This document shows, one piece after another, positions 44,519 through 54,016 of a stretch of DNA of 64,000 nucleotides; position 1 is the stretch's first letter; every line of letters begins with the position of its first letter. Under the pieces are notes generated by a model. The model had not been told where the DNA came from. It searched no databases and saw nothing but the letters and a program-made list of their open reading frames with translations. Source of the stretch: a virus. Lineage: Duplodnaviria > Caudoviricetes. Location: positions 9,168 through 73,167 of IMG/VR virus record IMGVR_UViG_3300020042_009256. One strand, given 5' to 3'. A program made the translations under genes and the position numbers.

Positions 44519-45150
44519 TATCCTAATACCTTAGAGGGGTCGAGAAGAGCTTCTTCGTACGGATTGACCGCACCAAGTAAATTTGCAGGTTGAGGTTGAA
44601 GACGTTTTTGTAATGCTTGTGCCATAACATTACCGATCAATTGATCTTTTAAACTTACTTCTTTTTGCTTTTGATTTAAATTAAACAACTGTTCAAGTAA
44701 GCTATTTGCTGCATTCTCAGCTGATGTGCTTTGCTGTTGAGGTGCAGCACCTGGCATAACATCAGTTAGCTTATCTTCTGGTGTTTTGTAACGTCCTGTT
44801 GCAATCCACTGCATCATTTCGGGAGTTGTGTTAACAGGTCCCTTTAGTGCCAAGTGAGTATGTGTACTATGCCCTGCATCTCCTGGGCCCAGTACTTCAG
44901 TAAATAAACCTGTTTGTTTTGCGCGATATTTCAACTCACCAGTGAGGTCTTGCCAGGATCGCTTGGGTCCTCCTGCATATGCAGCAGACATATCTGCTCC
45001 TTGACGTGTTACATCAATGGCATTACCCGAGTAGTGATGAGAGCCAGGGGCGTGTTTACCTACACGACCTGTTCCAAAAGCGGGGTTTTCACCTACGGTC
45101 CAACCATACTTTTGAAGTTGTCTACCAATATCAGTAATATATACAGCCAT
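44518..45150 (-). CDS. virion Zn-peptidase of the M15/LAS type
   Basis: HYSGNAID (H-x6-D) and HTH (HxH). Confidence 0.65.
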   Translation of the reverse strand: MAVYITDIGRQLQKYGWTVGENPAFGTGRVGKHAPGSHHYSGNAIDVTRQGADMSAAYAGGPKRSWQDLTGELKYRAKQTGLFTEVLGPGDAGHSTHTHLALKGPVNTTPEMMQWIATGRYKTPEDKLTDVMPGAAPQQQSTSAENAANSLLEQLFNLNQKQKEVSLKDQLIGNVMAQALQKRLQPQPANLLGAVNPYEEALLDPSKVLG

Positions 45151-45176
45151 ATGTTTTTATTTTTTTATTTTAGTAC

Positions 45177-45202
45177 AAAAAAACCCCAAAAATTTGGGGT
45201 TT
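45177..45202 (-). terminator. intrinsic terminator ending the capsid operon
   Basis: Minus strand AAACCCCAAA-TTT-TTGGGGTTT followed by TTTT. Confidence 0.85.
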
Positions 45203-45218
45203 ATAACGGAGATAAGGG

Positions 45219-45647
45219 CTAGACGCGAATTAAATTAGCAGCTAAAACAGAATCCCAATCAACACGTTTAACTTGTTTAAGTTGCTCCAGATTGTGGAAC
45301 CTTTCACCCGATAAGGACATTTGAAGGTCTTTAATCTCTCGCGCAGTTTTAAGGCCGATACCTTTAATGTGATCCGCAATCATTTGCGGGGTAGCGCCAT
45401 TGATGTTTAAACGTGTGTCAGGAGGAAATTTCCTCGGTTCTTCTTTGGCTGCTTTATCTTTAACTTGTAAAGTTGTTACTTTTTTTGTAGCAACTTCATC
45501 AGGAATCAATTCAGTTTTATAAGCGGTAAAAATACGGCCGTCTTGGTCTTCAACCATGAACCATTCGCCGTGATCATACTCGCTAATAACCTTGAGTCGA
45601 GCACCTGTTTTTTTGTGTTGATAAAGCATAGGACCAGAAAGATTCAC
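45219..45647 (-). CDS. helix-hairpin-helix (ComEA-like) DNA-binding protein
   Basis: LNINGAT..IKGIGLKTAREI..RFHNLEQLKQVK. Confidence 0.8.
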   Translation of the reverse strand: MNLSGPMLYQHKKTGARLKVISEYDHGEWFMVEDQDGRIFTAYKTELIPDEVATKKVTTLQVKDKAAKEEPRKFPPDTRLNINGATPQMIADHIKGIGLKTAREIKDLQMSLSGERFHNLEQLKQVKRVDWDSVLAANLIRV

Positions 45648-45670
45648 TAACTGGTCCTAGTTTAGCTTAA

Positions 45671-46504
45671 TCAGCTAACAGTGCGGTTGTTTAGATATGC
45701 GTCAATATCTTCGTATTGAGGCGCGTCATCGGGACGGATGTAGCACACTTCCACAACCAGATAACCAACGCGACCAGCAGCAACGTCCGCATCCGAGATA
45801 TAAATACCACCAGAGAGGGTGGCATCATTGGCAGCACCCTTGGCAAGAACACCAAGAGTAACGGCGCCAGACACAGGGAAGTAGGCGATAGTACCTGAGC
45901 CAACACCAGTAATAGAGGGAAGGCCAGTGCTAGTGATGAAAGGATTGGTACCAAAACCTTGTGTACCACCAGAGAAATAAATCTTATTGGCGGCATCACC
46001 AGAGACCGTGGAGACCATGTTGGCCTGAATCGCGCCTTCAGCAACTCCAGAAAAAGCAACACCGGTTACAACGGTTGGAGTACCGATGTTACGACCAAAG
46101 GAGATAATGTTACCGGTAGAAGCGTACACACCAGAAGCAGCGCGGCCATCCCAACCAGAAGCCACTGAAATTGCAGTGCGATACACATACGAAGTTTGAG
46201 TGGCGCTACCAGAGATCACCATGCCGGTGATGTCAGTGCGGGTATCGTCCTGCCGATAAGGCGAAGGGATGATCACTTGCATAAACTGACCGCTGGTAGC
46301 AGCAGAGCCAGAAGCCCAGGAAACGGGGACGTAACCACGTTGCTGGAAGTAACGGTAACCAGGAAGGGCCAGCACCGAAGTAGGGCCACCCACCGTGGAA
46401 TCATTAACACTATTGACAGGGTTGGCGTCAATATTTTTGTACCAACCGTTTAAAGCATTCACCCAGTTGCCTGGGTAAATTTTCTTTGCAGATAAGTAAG
46501 TCAT
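45671..46504 (-). CDS. capsid decoration / minor capsid protein
   Basis: Directly after the MCP gene; G/S/T/A-rich; high-expression codon usage. Confidence 0.55.
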   Translation of the reverse strand: MTYLSAKKIYPGNWVNALNGWYKNIDANPVNSVNDSTVGGPTSVLALPGYRYFQQRGYVPVSWASGSAATSGQFMQVIIPSPYRQDDTRTDITGMVISGSATQTSYVYRTAISVASGWDGRAASGVYASTGNIISFGRNIGTPTVVTGVAFSGVAEGAIQANMVSTVSGDAANKIYFSGGTQGFGTNPFITSTGLPSITGVGSGTIAYFPVSGAVTLGVLAKGAANDATLSGGIYISDADVAAGRVGYLVVEVCYIRPDDAPQYEDIDAYLNNRTVS

Positions 46505-46521
46505 TTATTTTTCCTTAAAGT

Positions 46522-47703
46522 TTAAACAATTGTAAGCGTACCGTCATCTTGGACAAAGCTGTAAGCAGTAGTTACGAAATCTTTATTCAGGATTTCAAAA
46601 CCAGCATACAGTTGCCAGATTAAGATGATAAAACGGCTAAAGTCGTCATTGTTGTTAATGAGAACTTGAGCGTTGGGGCCACCGATACCCACGCCAACTG
46701 CTTGAGGACCAAAGAAGAAACCTTGTGCAACTTCAGAGCGGGCGTCGGTGAAGAAAGTACTACCGTTGTCAAAAGAAACAGTAACGTTTTTGGTAGGGAA
46801 GTTAGTCGACTCGAAGAACTTAACACCTTCAAACTGAACGCCAGTAGGCATAACAGGTTCGCCAGCAAGGAAATAACCTTGTCCAGCTTGAGGACCCATG
46901 TAGAAGCTGGCGTTGTTAGGCATCATGGGGTTGCCCATGTACATGCCTTGACCAGGGTTACCAGAGTAACGAGCGATCTCACGGAAGTCGGGGTCACGAC
47001 GCAAGTGCATCATGAACGTAGGATCGCAAATACAACGATACAGACCATCAGCATAGGTCGGTACGTTGCGCTTACGTAAATCCTTAACAACGGTCAGCAA
47101 GTCAGTACGAACTTGAAACTGTTGCAGTTGGTTGCCGTACTCAGTACTGGTGTATGTGATGCGACCAGAAGAGTCCTTGGTTTTGTTACCAGGGAAGTAG
47201 TAACCACCTTGAGTAGTAGAGGCTTGACCGTTAGCTTCTGCTTTGGCAAGTTCGTCAATAAAGACGCGGTCACGCCACCGACGATAGTCATCGAGTAGGG
47301 TCAAGCTGCCGATAGACTGGTGGAACATGTTCAGGTTGCCGCTGTCAAGCAGCATGCGCTGAGCAGTGATCAGAGTCTCACGAGCAATCTTGAAGGTCGA
47401 AGCTTGGGTGGGATCACCGGGGTCTGCAGGGCCAGTGTACTCCTTAAGCACCACAAGGACTTTCTCCTTGGTGATGTTACGGCTGCTAGAACTACCAATG
47501 GTTTGGTCAGCAATACGCTCGCGGCTGTCCTTGGTACCGGGGGTTCCCCAAAACTTGTAGCGATCCAGCTGAACGGTTTGACCGGGCTGGCGAGTAAAGT
47601 CATGTACAACCACAGGCTCAACTGCCATCTCGGCAATGTAAGCAGGGTGGGGACGATAGAGTTCGGCCCCTAGAATTTTTGGAAAGTCGTTATCAATAAA
47701 CAC
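46522..47703 (-). CDS. major capsid protein
   Basis: 393 aa, GGAGG SD before GTG, C-biased codons, G.TVQL.RY and GFFFGPQAVG..IWQLYAGF motifs; follows portal and scaffold. Confidence 0.85.
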   Translation of the reverse strand: MFIDNDFPKILGAELYRPHPAYIAEMAVEPVVVHDFTRQPGQTVQLDRYKFWGTPGTKDSRERIADQTIGSSSSRNITKEKVLVVLKEYTGPADPGDPTQASTFKIARETLITAQRMLLDSGNLNMFHQSIGSLTLLDDYRRWRDRVFIDELAKAEANGQASTTQGGYYFPGNKTKDSSGRITYTSTEYGNQLQQFQVRTDLLTVVKDLRKRNVPTYADGLYRCICDPTFMMHLRRDPDFREIARYSGNPGQGMYMGNPMMPNNASFYMGPQAGQGYFLAGEPVMPTGVQFEGVKFFESTNFPTKNVTVSFDNGSTFFTDARSEVAQGFFFGPQAVGVGIGGPNAQVLINNNDDFSRFIILIWQLYAGFEILNKDFVTTAYSFVQDDGTLTIV

Positions 47704-47806
47704 TTTGGTTTATCCTCCAGAGTCTCGGGAATTTTTTTATCGGGTGAAAGATTCAGACATTAACATGTCTTATCTAACACAAATTTTAGCAGTCCGTAAT
47801 TTTTCT

Positions 47807-48334
47807 TTAAGCGTATGAAGAAGACGGATAAGAAACAGTTGTTGCCTTTGTACGGGCACCAGCTGAATTACTGGAACCATAACTTTCAGGATCTACGTAC
47901 TGGCTTTGTTGAAAACCAGGTACACCCATTGCTTCAAGTCCGCCACCAGCAGCAAGACCACCTAAACCAGCAAGAGCTGCAGAAGTAGGCGTAGATCCTG
48001 CTGCTAAAACTTTACTAATGTTTCGTGGTGTAATACGCTCAGCAACATTACCTGCGGCACCAGAAAGACCTAATAATGCGTCTGAGACGCGATCATTTTT
48101 GGCGTTGTAACTTGCCCCAGATAACTTGTCTTCTACTCGACCAAGAAGACGTTGACTGCCTTGTGCAAGTGAAGGCCCATATTTACCAGCTAAACGAAGG
48201 CCACCATATGCACCAGCGCCACCAGCAACTCCAGCTAATCCAGCAGTTCCTGGATCCTCACCTTGTGAAAGGGCATAGCCGCCGGTAGCTAAACCAGCGG
48301 CGGCGGGAACACCATATCTAAGAAGTGGACGCAT
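47807..48334 (-). CDS. Gly/Ala-rich protein between scaffold and MCP
   Basis: Multiple GxxxG segments. Confidence 0.6.
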   Translation of the reverse strand: MRPLLRYGVPAAAGLATGGYALSQGEDPGTAGLAGVAGGAGAYGGLRLAGKYGPSLAQGSQRLLGRVEDKLSGASYNAKNDRVSDALLGLSGAAGNVAERITPRNISKVLAAGSTPTSAALAGLGGLAAGGGLEAMGVPGFQQSQYVDPESYGSSNSAGARTKATTVSYPSSSYA

Positions 48335-48338
48335 GGCC

Positions 48339-49337
48339 TCACTCCATCACAAACAGTTTGTTTGCAACAGTACCAGGTTGTGCTTGATTCAGCATACGCC
48401 AAGCGTTCTGGGGATCACGAGCCATTGCTTCGTTGAAGCCGCCCCAGAAATTCTCAGGTTGCTGAGGAGCAGCAGCTGCAGGAGGTGCGGGGAACTGACC
48501 ATAAGGTGACATACCAACTTGCTCAGTGGGATAACCACGGGTTTCAAGTTGATTTTCGTTTTCGTACACGGGGTACGGACCTTCGGGACCAAAGAACTTC
48601 AGCGTGTAATCGCTGAGAACATCAGGGTTGGTCAAGATTTCGTTGTAAGCCAGGTTCTCCTGGTGCTCGTTAACAGCAAAGTTGGCATAACCAACGATGT
48701 TATTTGCGGCGCGGTTTCCCCACTGGACGGCGCTGTCCAGCATTCCTTCCAGTTGGAGGGCGTAGTTGTTCAGAATTGCCGGAGCTTCGATCCCGAACGC
48801 CTCGAACACCATCCGGCTTTCTTGACTCAGGTTGTAGTAATCGGCTACTGCCTGGTTCACTTCCTCGTGGGCTTGATTCGCCGAGGATCCCGTCAAGTAA
48901 GTTGGGGAAGAGTTGGGCGAGTATGCCTGGTTGAGATACGAGGTCGGCATCCCCGATTGTGGCATACCCTGGTTTTGGGGCATTCCATAGTTGGCCGGGG
49001 TATACGCTGTCGTCGGCGCTGACGGTTGACCCTGGAACGGGGATTGAACTGGTGCGCTCAATAGGTTCACCACCTTGTTGAACGCCGACTCCCAGGGGTT
49101 GCCCACTGACTCCGTCCCCGGTTGGTATTGGGGGGCGTACTGAGTAGGGGCGGATTGGTAGCTGGGGGCTGCCTGAGGTACCGCTTGGGGGTAGCTCGTA
49201 CCCACTTGATAAGCCTGCGGTGCTGCCTGGTAGCTGACCGGTGCTGCTTGTGGTGCTGCCACCACGTAGCTGCTCGGCGCGACGGCTGCTGGTGCTTGGC
49301 TCGTCTGTGGGATCGATTGGACGGTAGCGTCCTGCAT
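48339..49337 (-). CDS. capsid scaffolding protein (putative)
   Basis: Q/P/A/Y-rich N-terminal half and helical C-terminal half; AAGGAG SD 7 nt before ATG; position between portal and MCP. Confidence 0.7.
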   Translation of the reverse strand: MQDATVQSIPQTSQAPAAVAPSSYVVAAPQAAPVSYQAAPQAYQVGTSYPQAVPQAAPSYQSAPTQYAPQYQPGTESVGNPWESAFNKVVNLLSAPVQSPFQGQPSAPTTAYTPANYGMPQNQGMPQSGMPTSYLNQAYSPNSSPTYLTGSSANQAHEEVNQAVADYYNLSQESRMVFEAFGIEAPAILNNYALQLEGMLDSAVQWGNRAANNIVGYANFAVNEHQENLAYNEILTNPDVLSDYTLKFFGPEGPYPVYENENQLETRGYPTEQVGMSPYGQFPAPPAAAAPQQPENFWGGFNEAMARDPQNAWRMLNQAQPGTVANKLFVME

Positions 49338-51087
49338 AACTCATCTCCTTTTGTAAAGCTTCTAGGGTTCGATACAGATATGGAGTTAAATCCAATCTCG
49401 GATCCGCAGCCATCGGAACATCCGGTGATTGCGGGTGGGGAGTTTGCATCATTCCCCCCACTAGGCCAGCAAATGCTTTGTATGCACTCTGCAATTCACC
49501 GACCATCCTGAATGGGAAGCCAGATAGCATCCCTGCCCTTTCTTCATCCGTTTTAGACGGGAAGAGGTATTTCAGTGCTTCAATGCTATCAACACCTAAT
49601 TCTTGTAAGTTTCTTACAACAATTGAATTGTTAAGAACATCTTGCGTAGAATCTTCGTATACAGGGCCAAGCCAACGCCATAATACCGTAACATCACCGT
49701 CTGGGATTAAACCTAAAACACCAGGTGGTACTTGTTGAGTCTGAAGACACGCCATCATTAAATTTTTAACTTGATCTTCAAACGCTTTCATTGCGTCTTC
49801 GTACATCCCCATTTCTTCCTGTGTCGCTTCTTCTGGTAACTCAAGAGGTTTCTCAATACCTGCAGCAGCCGCCAATGTTTGACGGAACATTCGTTCCTCT
49901 TGATAAATAATTAACTCTAAACATCTGCAAATACCATACGTGTAAATTGCAGTTGCTTTTTTCTTAGACGTTGCTGAAACACGACCAAATAACGATTTAT
50001 ATTCAGTTGCAGTTACACCAGCTGAAATTGACAGTTCATCTACACCGCCAAGAGCAGTTCTAATTTCTTCGCGATATTGGCGAGCAAAATTATTCTGATC
50101 TCCTGTAATTGCATCAGGAACAATGTAACCAACACGATCATTAGGTTCTAGGTTGGCGATAACCCGTGGCACACGTATCTGTCCATCGACGCCACGACTG
50201 AGGGGATCTTGTTTAAACGTTGATCGGCTCAGCGCACCCATGCTGCCAAAACCTGAGTTGGCTGCAATAGATGGTCGCTGTACGACAGTGTCCCCACCAG
50301 CTTCCATTAAATCTGTTTTTGGACGTGAGGAAAGCAGTGTGGGATTACCAAAAAACTGAACGTTTTTACGCATTGTCCGAACTATTTCATCATGCGTGCA
50401 AATGTGATTTGCTAAAGCATCAAATTCTCCAACGCCTTCAGTTGAGAAGCCTTTGGGATTGTTAAAGATTTCAACGCAGGGAATAAAACCTAATGAGTTT
50501 TTAAATGTTTTTGTTTTTCCAGGGACAGCTTGATAGGTTGTATCAAAAGAAATTTCACCTTCTGAATGAGTTTCTTCGATTGTTTTGCGTTTAATCGAAA
50601 GCCTGATATATCTTTTTGCACCAGGGTTTCCCATGGTTGCTGGCCCTGATAAACTGTTAACATCAATGTCCTGCTGGTAGCCAAAACCACGACGTACCTT
50701 ATAGCTATAGATGATTACAACTTCATCTAGCTCGCCGTCAATATTGTAAAAAGTACGATACTCGTGCTTACGAAAATAGTAAAGACGGTAATTGTTTTGA
50801 GTTGGGCGAATATAAAAAAGACCTTGGCCATCAGAAAGGAAATAGTCCCAGATTGAATCTAAGCGTGTGTCGAGTTGATTGTATTTAATTACACGGTCGA
50901 GAAAATCTTTACGTTGGTTTCCAAAATTATCTTGACTCGGGAAAAATTCAACACCTTGACGAATACCAAATAAACGCATCTGAGCTAAATGCGCAGCCAC
51001 GATTCCCGTGTCAATTGATACCCCACCGTCTTTGTCGAGATAGGAATCAACAATTTCTTTTAACCGGGAGGCAGCATCAACGGCCAT
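48700..51087 (-). CDS. portal protein with a 212-codon C-terminal extension overlapping the scaffold
   Basis: Position after terminase, about 580-aa core (FIPCVEIFN, ALGGVDE), then a disordered tail. Confidence 0.8.
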   Translation of the reverse strand: MAVDAASRLKEIVDSYLDKDGGVSIDTGIVAAHLAQMRLFGIRQGVEFFPSQDNFGNQRKDFLDRVIKYNQLDTRLDSIWDYFLSDGQGLFYIRPTQNNYRLYYFRKHEYRTFYNIDGELDEVVIIYSYKVRRGFGYQQDIDVNSLSGPATMGNPGAKRYIRLSIKRKTIEETHSEGEISFDTTYQAVPGKTKTFKNSLGFIPCVEIFNNPKGFSTEGVGEFDALANHICTHDEIVRTMRKNVQFFGNPTLLSSRPKTDLMEAGGDTVVQRPSIAANSGFGSMGALSRSTFKQDPLSRGVDGQIRVPRVIANLEPNDRVGYIVPDAITGDQNNFARQYREEIRTALGGVDELSISAGVTATEYKSLFGRVSATSKKKATAIYTYGICRCLELIIYQEERMFRQTLAAAAGIEKPLELPEEATQEEMGMYEDAMKAFEDQVKNLMMACLQTQQVPPGVLGLIPDGDVTVLWRWLGPVYEDSTQDVLNNSIVVRNLQELGVDSIEALKYLFPSKTDEERAGMLSGFPFRMVGELQSAYKAFAGLVGGMMQTPHPQSPDVPMAADPRLDLTPYLYRTLEALQKEMSYAGRYRPIDPTDEPSTSSRRAEQLRGGSTTSSTGQLPGSTAGLSSGYELPPSGTSGSPQLPIRPYSVRPPIPTGDGVSGQPLGVGVQQGGEPIERTSSIPVPGSTVSADDSVYPGQLWNAPKPGYATIGDADLVSQPGILAQLFPNLLDGILGESSPRGSEPGSSRLLQPESRKPDGVRGVRDRSSGNSEQLRPPTGRNAGQRRPVGKPRRK

Positions 51088-51146
51088 TAACTATTGCCCT
51101 TTTTATCTTTATTGATCTTAGCAGATTTCTTTTCTTTCATCGGTCA

Positions 51147-51506
51147 TCAATAAATAGCTGCTTTTACCATGCCACCAGGAATTTGTTGTCCGTACTGAGG
51201 GCCTGCATACAAACCTTGATTACCCATTGCAATTGCACCTGCATTACCCATGGGTACTTGACCATTTGTAGATGCCAGTGGAAGTTGTGGGCCACCGGGT
51301 TTTACATTGCGATAAATGTTGTCAATTGCTGGTGCCGATTGTGGATCCCACTGCTTCAACTCTTCAATTTGACCTGGCGTCATGCCACGGATCCCACGTT
51401 GTGGAACAACAAACTGTGGTCCAAAAGGATTACCTGCTAATGCGCCGGGAGCTGTACGACTCATACCAGCTTCATTTCCTAAAAATCCTCCGTAAATACT
51501 AGCCAT
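51147..51506 (-). CDS. Gly/Pro-rich hypothetical protein
   Basis: Likely start ATG 51506. Confidence 0.6.
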   Translation of the reverse strand: MASIYGGFLGNEAGMSRTAPGALAGNPFGPQFVVPQRGIRGMTPGQIEELKQWDPQSAPAIDNIYRNVKPGGPQLPLASTNGQVPMGNAGAIAMGNQGLYAGPQYGQQIPGGMVKAAIY

Positions 51507-51533
51507 TTTCAATCTGTTACTTATGTGTTTATT

Positions 51534-51719
51534 TTACTCCTCTAATACCACATACCCAGTAGGATCGTTTATTTTGGTCAAGATGATTCCTTCTCCTTTT
51601 ACGTCCCAATTCAATACATCTCCTTCTTGCCAACCCAGGTCTTCCATCACCTCCTCTGGAAGATTTATAAACTGATCTCCGTTCTCGTCCTCCTGGACTT
51701 CTAGGATGTAACTTCTCAT
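51534..51719 (-). CDS. AbrB/MazE-like small DNA-binding protein
   Basis: INLPEEVMEDLGWQEGDVL.W. Confidence 0.8.
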   Translation of the reverse strand: MRSYILEVQEDENGDQFINLPEEVMEDLGWQEGDVLNWDVKGEGIILTKINDPTGYVVLEE

Positions 51720-52009
51720 TTGGTCAAAATCTTTTCTATAAGCTTATCAAGCTTATTGTTAATCTGCTGAAAATTATCGTGCATGTTTTGAATCTCTCTA
51801 AGAAAATCAACTTTTAAAACGTATTCTAAAGGCATCCGATTAATTTGTTGCTCCAGGGAATCCACGCGATTTTCTTGCGAATGTAACGATTCGTTAAGGG
51901 TTTTTAACCGTTCGTGCGTTCGGCTTAGGATTTTGTTTGCCACCCAGGAACCACCTGTGACAGCTGACACAACTGCGGTAATTGCAATTGTTAAATATTC
52001 AGGTCCCAC
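51716..52009 (-). CDS. N-terminal TM plus coiled-coil protein
   Basis: YLTIAITAVVSAVTGGSWVA followed by a heptad pattern. Confidence 0.65.
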   Translation of the reverse strand: MGPEYLTIAITAVVSAVTGGSWVANKILSRTHERLKTLNESLHSQENRVDSLEQQINRMPLEYVLKVDFLREIQNMHDNFQQINNKLDKLIEKILTK

Positions 52010-52039
52010 AGCTATGAAGTCTTTCTCCTTATTTTAAAC

Positions 52040-53566
52040 CTAATAATCAAGATGAAGATTACCCTTTCTTGCTAATCCGGTAACCAACCAAACCAACGCA
52101 TCCACACAATCATCATGACCACTTACGCCGAAATTCGTGAGTTCCTCGAAGAGATTTGTGAAGTTCCTGAAACGGTTAAAGATAATTTTTCGATCTTCAA
52201 ACATTCCCATGATTCCCCGGAACCGTGCCAACTTGTCTGCACGGAACCCTTTGACGGGATGCCAAATCAAGTTGTAGAGACCTTCGTTATTAAGGCAAAC
52301 ACGCTTGAAGTCTGCTTCTAGAGAAGCCTGATACTGCACGGCTTCAGACCAAATGTCACACGTGGAGTAAGTAGGGAAGTAATTACCACCTTCATCGCAA
52401 CCAAGAATTGACCAATCATTGAGAAGCTCTTTCATCACATCGAGTTTTTCAAGATTGCCCATTACCCTGATCCGTCTGTAATCAATGATGTGAATGCGGT
52501 CATCAATCCGTCCACCTAAAATCATGACGGTGTAATCATTCTTTTCTTTAATACCTGCAGACAAGTCAACGCCAACACCTAGGGCATCAAACTCTGTTGA
52601 AATTTCAGCCTTGACAATAAGTTCTGGCGCCAATGAAAGTTCGTTTTGTCTAACAATTTGATTCATGTATTGAAACGAAAAAGCAATAGGAGCTTGTCGT
52701 TTCTTTTCTTTTAGGTAATCCAGTGACCACATATCAGGCCAGTAAGATTCTTCCTCTCCTGTTTTGGGATTATTTTGAATAGCCGAAAGAACAATTTGTG
52801 TCCAGTTGTTTTGTTCATTGAAGGTTGTTGCATGAATGTCATCATGTCTAAACCGTGTACCAAGGCAGATAGCCCTGGCTCCTTCAAACATCGTTGGTGC
52901 AATCACAGCATTCCAGTTATCCTGCATCATTTTTCTGATGTCAGGGTTTGCAATGTCAGCGGCAGACTTAATAGCGTCATCAATCATTACCAGATGAGAA
53001 CGCTTGGAAGTCACCGAACCTTTAAGGCCAGCTGCGCAAAGCGTAAATTGTTCATCACCGGTTACGTCAATTCCAGCAAACTTGTGATCGATAGACCAAT
53101 ACTCATTACTAGTAACGTTTTTAAGAAGACGAACTTTAGGGAATACTTCTTGATAACGTTTGCTTTCAATGATTCGTTTAATGGTTGCTGATTTAGAACG
53201 TGCAATATCAACAGTGTATGAAAGATAAAGAATTTGCAAAGGAAGCTTGGCTTCCGTGTGGATCCCAATAGCCCAAGCTGTTAAAAGTCCCAAGACCGTG
53301 CTTTTTGCTGAGCCACGGGGGGCCAATAGATCTACGTTGGGGCCAGCAATTTTAATTAGGCAACTACTGTCTTCATTCGTTACAAAGTGACGATGCCAAT
53401 TTTGATGGTGTTCAGCCGGGGGTTTATCAGCTACGTACTCACAAAAATACCCAAACTCTTCCCTGGCACGTTCCAAGAGATGTGCATTAACCGGTGCCTT
53501 GACCTTGAAATTCTTAGACGCCGCACGCGCATTACGCCGATAAGCAAGGTGCTGATAAGAAGGCAC
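52040..53566 (-). CDS. terL: terminase large subunit
   Basis: APRGSAKST, VMIDD, GTRF, QYMN, GVDLS, HDDCVDAL. Confidence 0.95.
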   Translation of the reverse strand: MPSYQHLAYRRNARAASKNFKVKAPVNAHLLERAREEFGYFCEYVADKPPAEHHQNWHRHFVTNEDSSCLIKIAGPNVDLLAPRGSAKSTVLGLLTAWAIGIHTEAKLPLQILYLSYTVDIARSKSATIKRIIESKRYQEVFPKVRLLKNVTSNEYWSIDHKFAGIDVTGDEQFTLCAAGLKGSVTSKRSHLVMIDDAIKSAADIANPDIRKMMQDNWNAVIAPTMFEGARAICLGTRFRHDDIHATTFNEQNNWTQIVLSAIQNNPKTGEEESYWPDMWSLDYLKEKKRQAPIAFSFQYMNQIVRQNELSLAPELIVKAEISTEFDALGVGVDLSAGIKEKNDYTVMILGGRIDDRIHIIDYRRIRVMGNLEKLDVMKELLNDWSILGCDEGGNYFPTYSTCDIWSEAVQYQASLEADFKRVCLNNEGLYNLIWHPVKGFRADKLARFRGIMGMFEDRKIIFNRFRNFTNLFEELTNFGVSGHDDCVDALVWLVTGLARKGNLHLDY

Positions 53567-53598
53567 GGGTACTATTCAGACTATTACTGAATAATATC

Positions 53599-53763
53599 CT
53601 ACTTCTTTTCTTTACCTTTACGCTTCTGCTCTTGATATTTGCGTGCTTTTTCCAGGGCTGCTTTACGCTTTTCTTTATCACTCATCTCAGAGCCATCTTC
53701 ATTCTTGGCTTCTTTTTTCTTAAGATACTCAAGAAACTGAGGAGGCATTTTTTTCTTAGTCAT
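53599..53763 (-). CDS. 54-aa basic peptide (below the ORF cutoff)
   Basis: MTKKKMPPQFLEYLKKKEAK..KAALEKARKYQEQKRKGKEKK. Confidence 0.7.
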   Translation of the reverse strand: MTKKKMPPQFLEYLKKKEAKNEDGSEMSDKEKRKAALEKARKYQEQKRKGKEKK

Positions 53764-54014
53764 TAAAATCTCCGTTGGGTTTGTCTTTCGATCTCTGTAC
53801 CCCTACGCTCAACATCTCGCTGTTGTTGGTAAGTATTTTGTCGTTGTTGCCTCATGTCTGCTTCAATTCGTCTACGTTCTGAGTCTGCATCACGACGTAC
53901 TTGGTTTGAATTATTTGTCATATCCCTACGTGTTTTTTCATTCTGCCTATTAATTGCAGAAGAATTAGGATTGACGCCACCAGGGCCGTTATTACCAGGT
54001 CTTACTCCACCCAT
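53763..54014 (-). CDS. R/Q-rich small protein
   Basis: Starts MGG like its neighbours at 54433 and 56752. Confidence 0.65.
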   Translation of the reverse strand: MGGVRPGNNGPGGVNPNSSAINRQNEKTRRDMTNNSNQVRRDADSERRRIEADMRQQRQNTYQQQRDVERRGTEIERQTQRRF

Positions 54015-54016
54015 GA

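Noticed and set aside
45219-45647. PsbU (photosystem II extrinsic protein)
   Set aside because: No signal peptide; the GIG hairpin and NINxA pattern fit ComEA-type HhH better.
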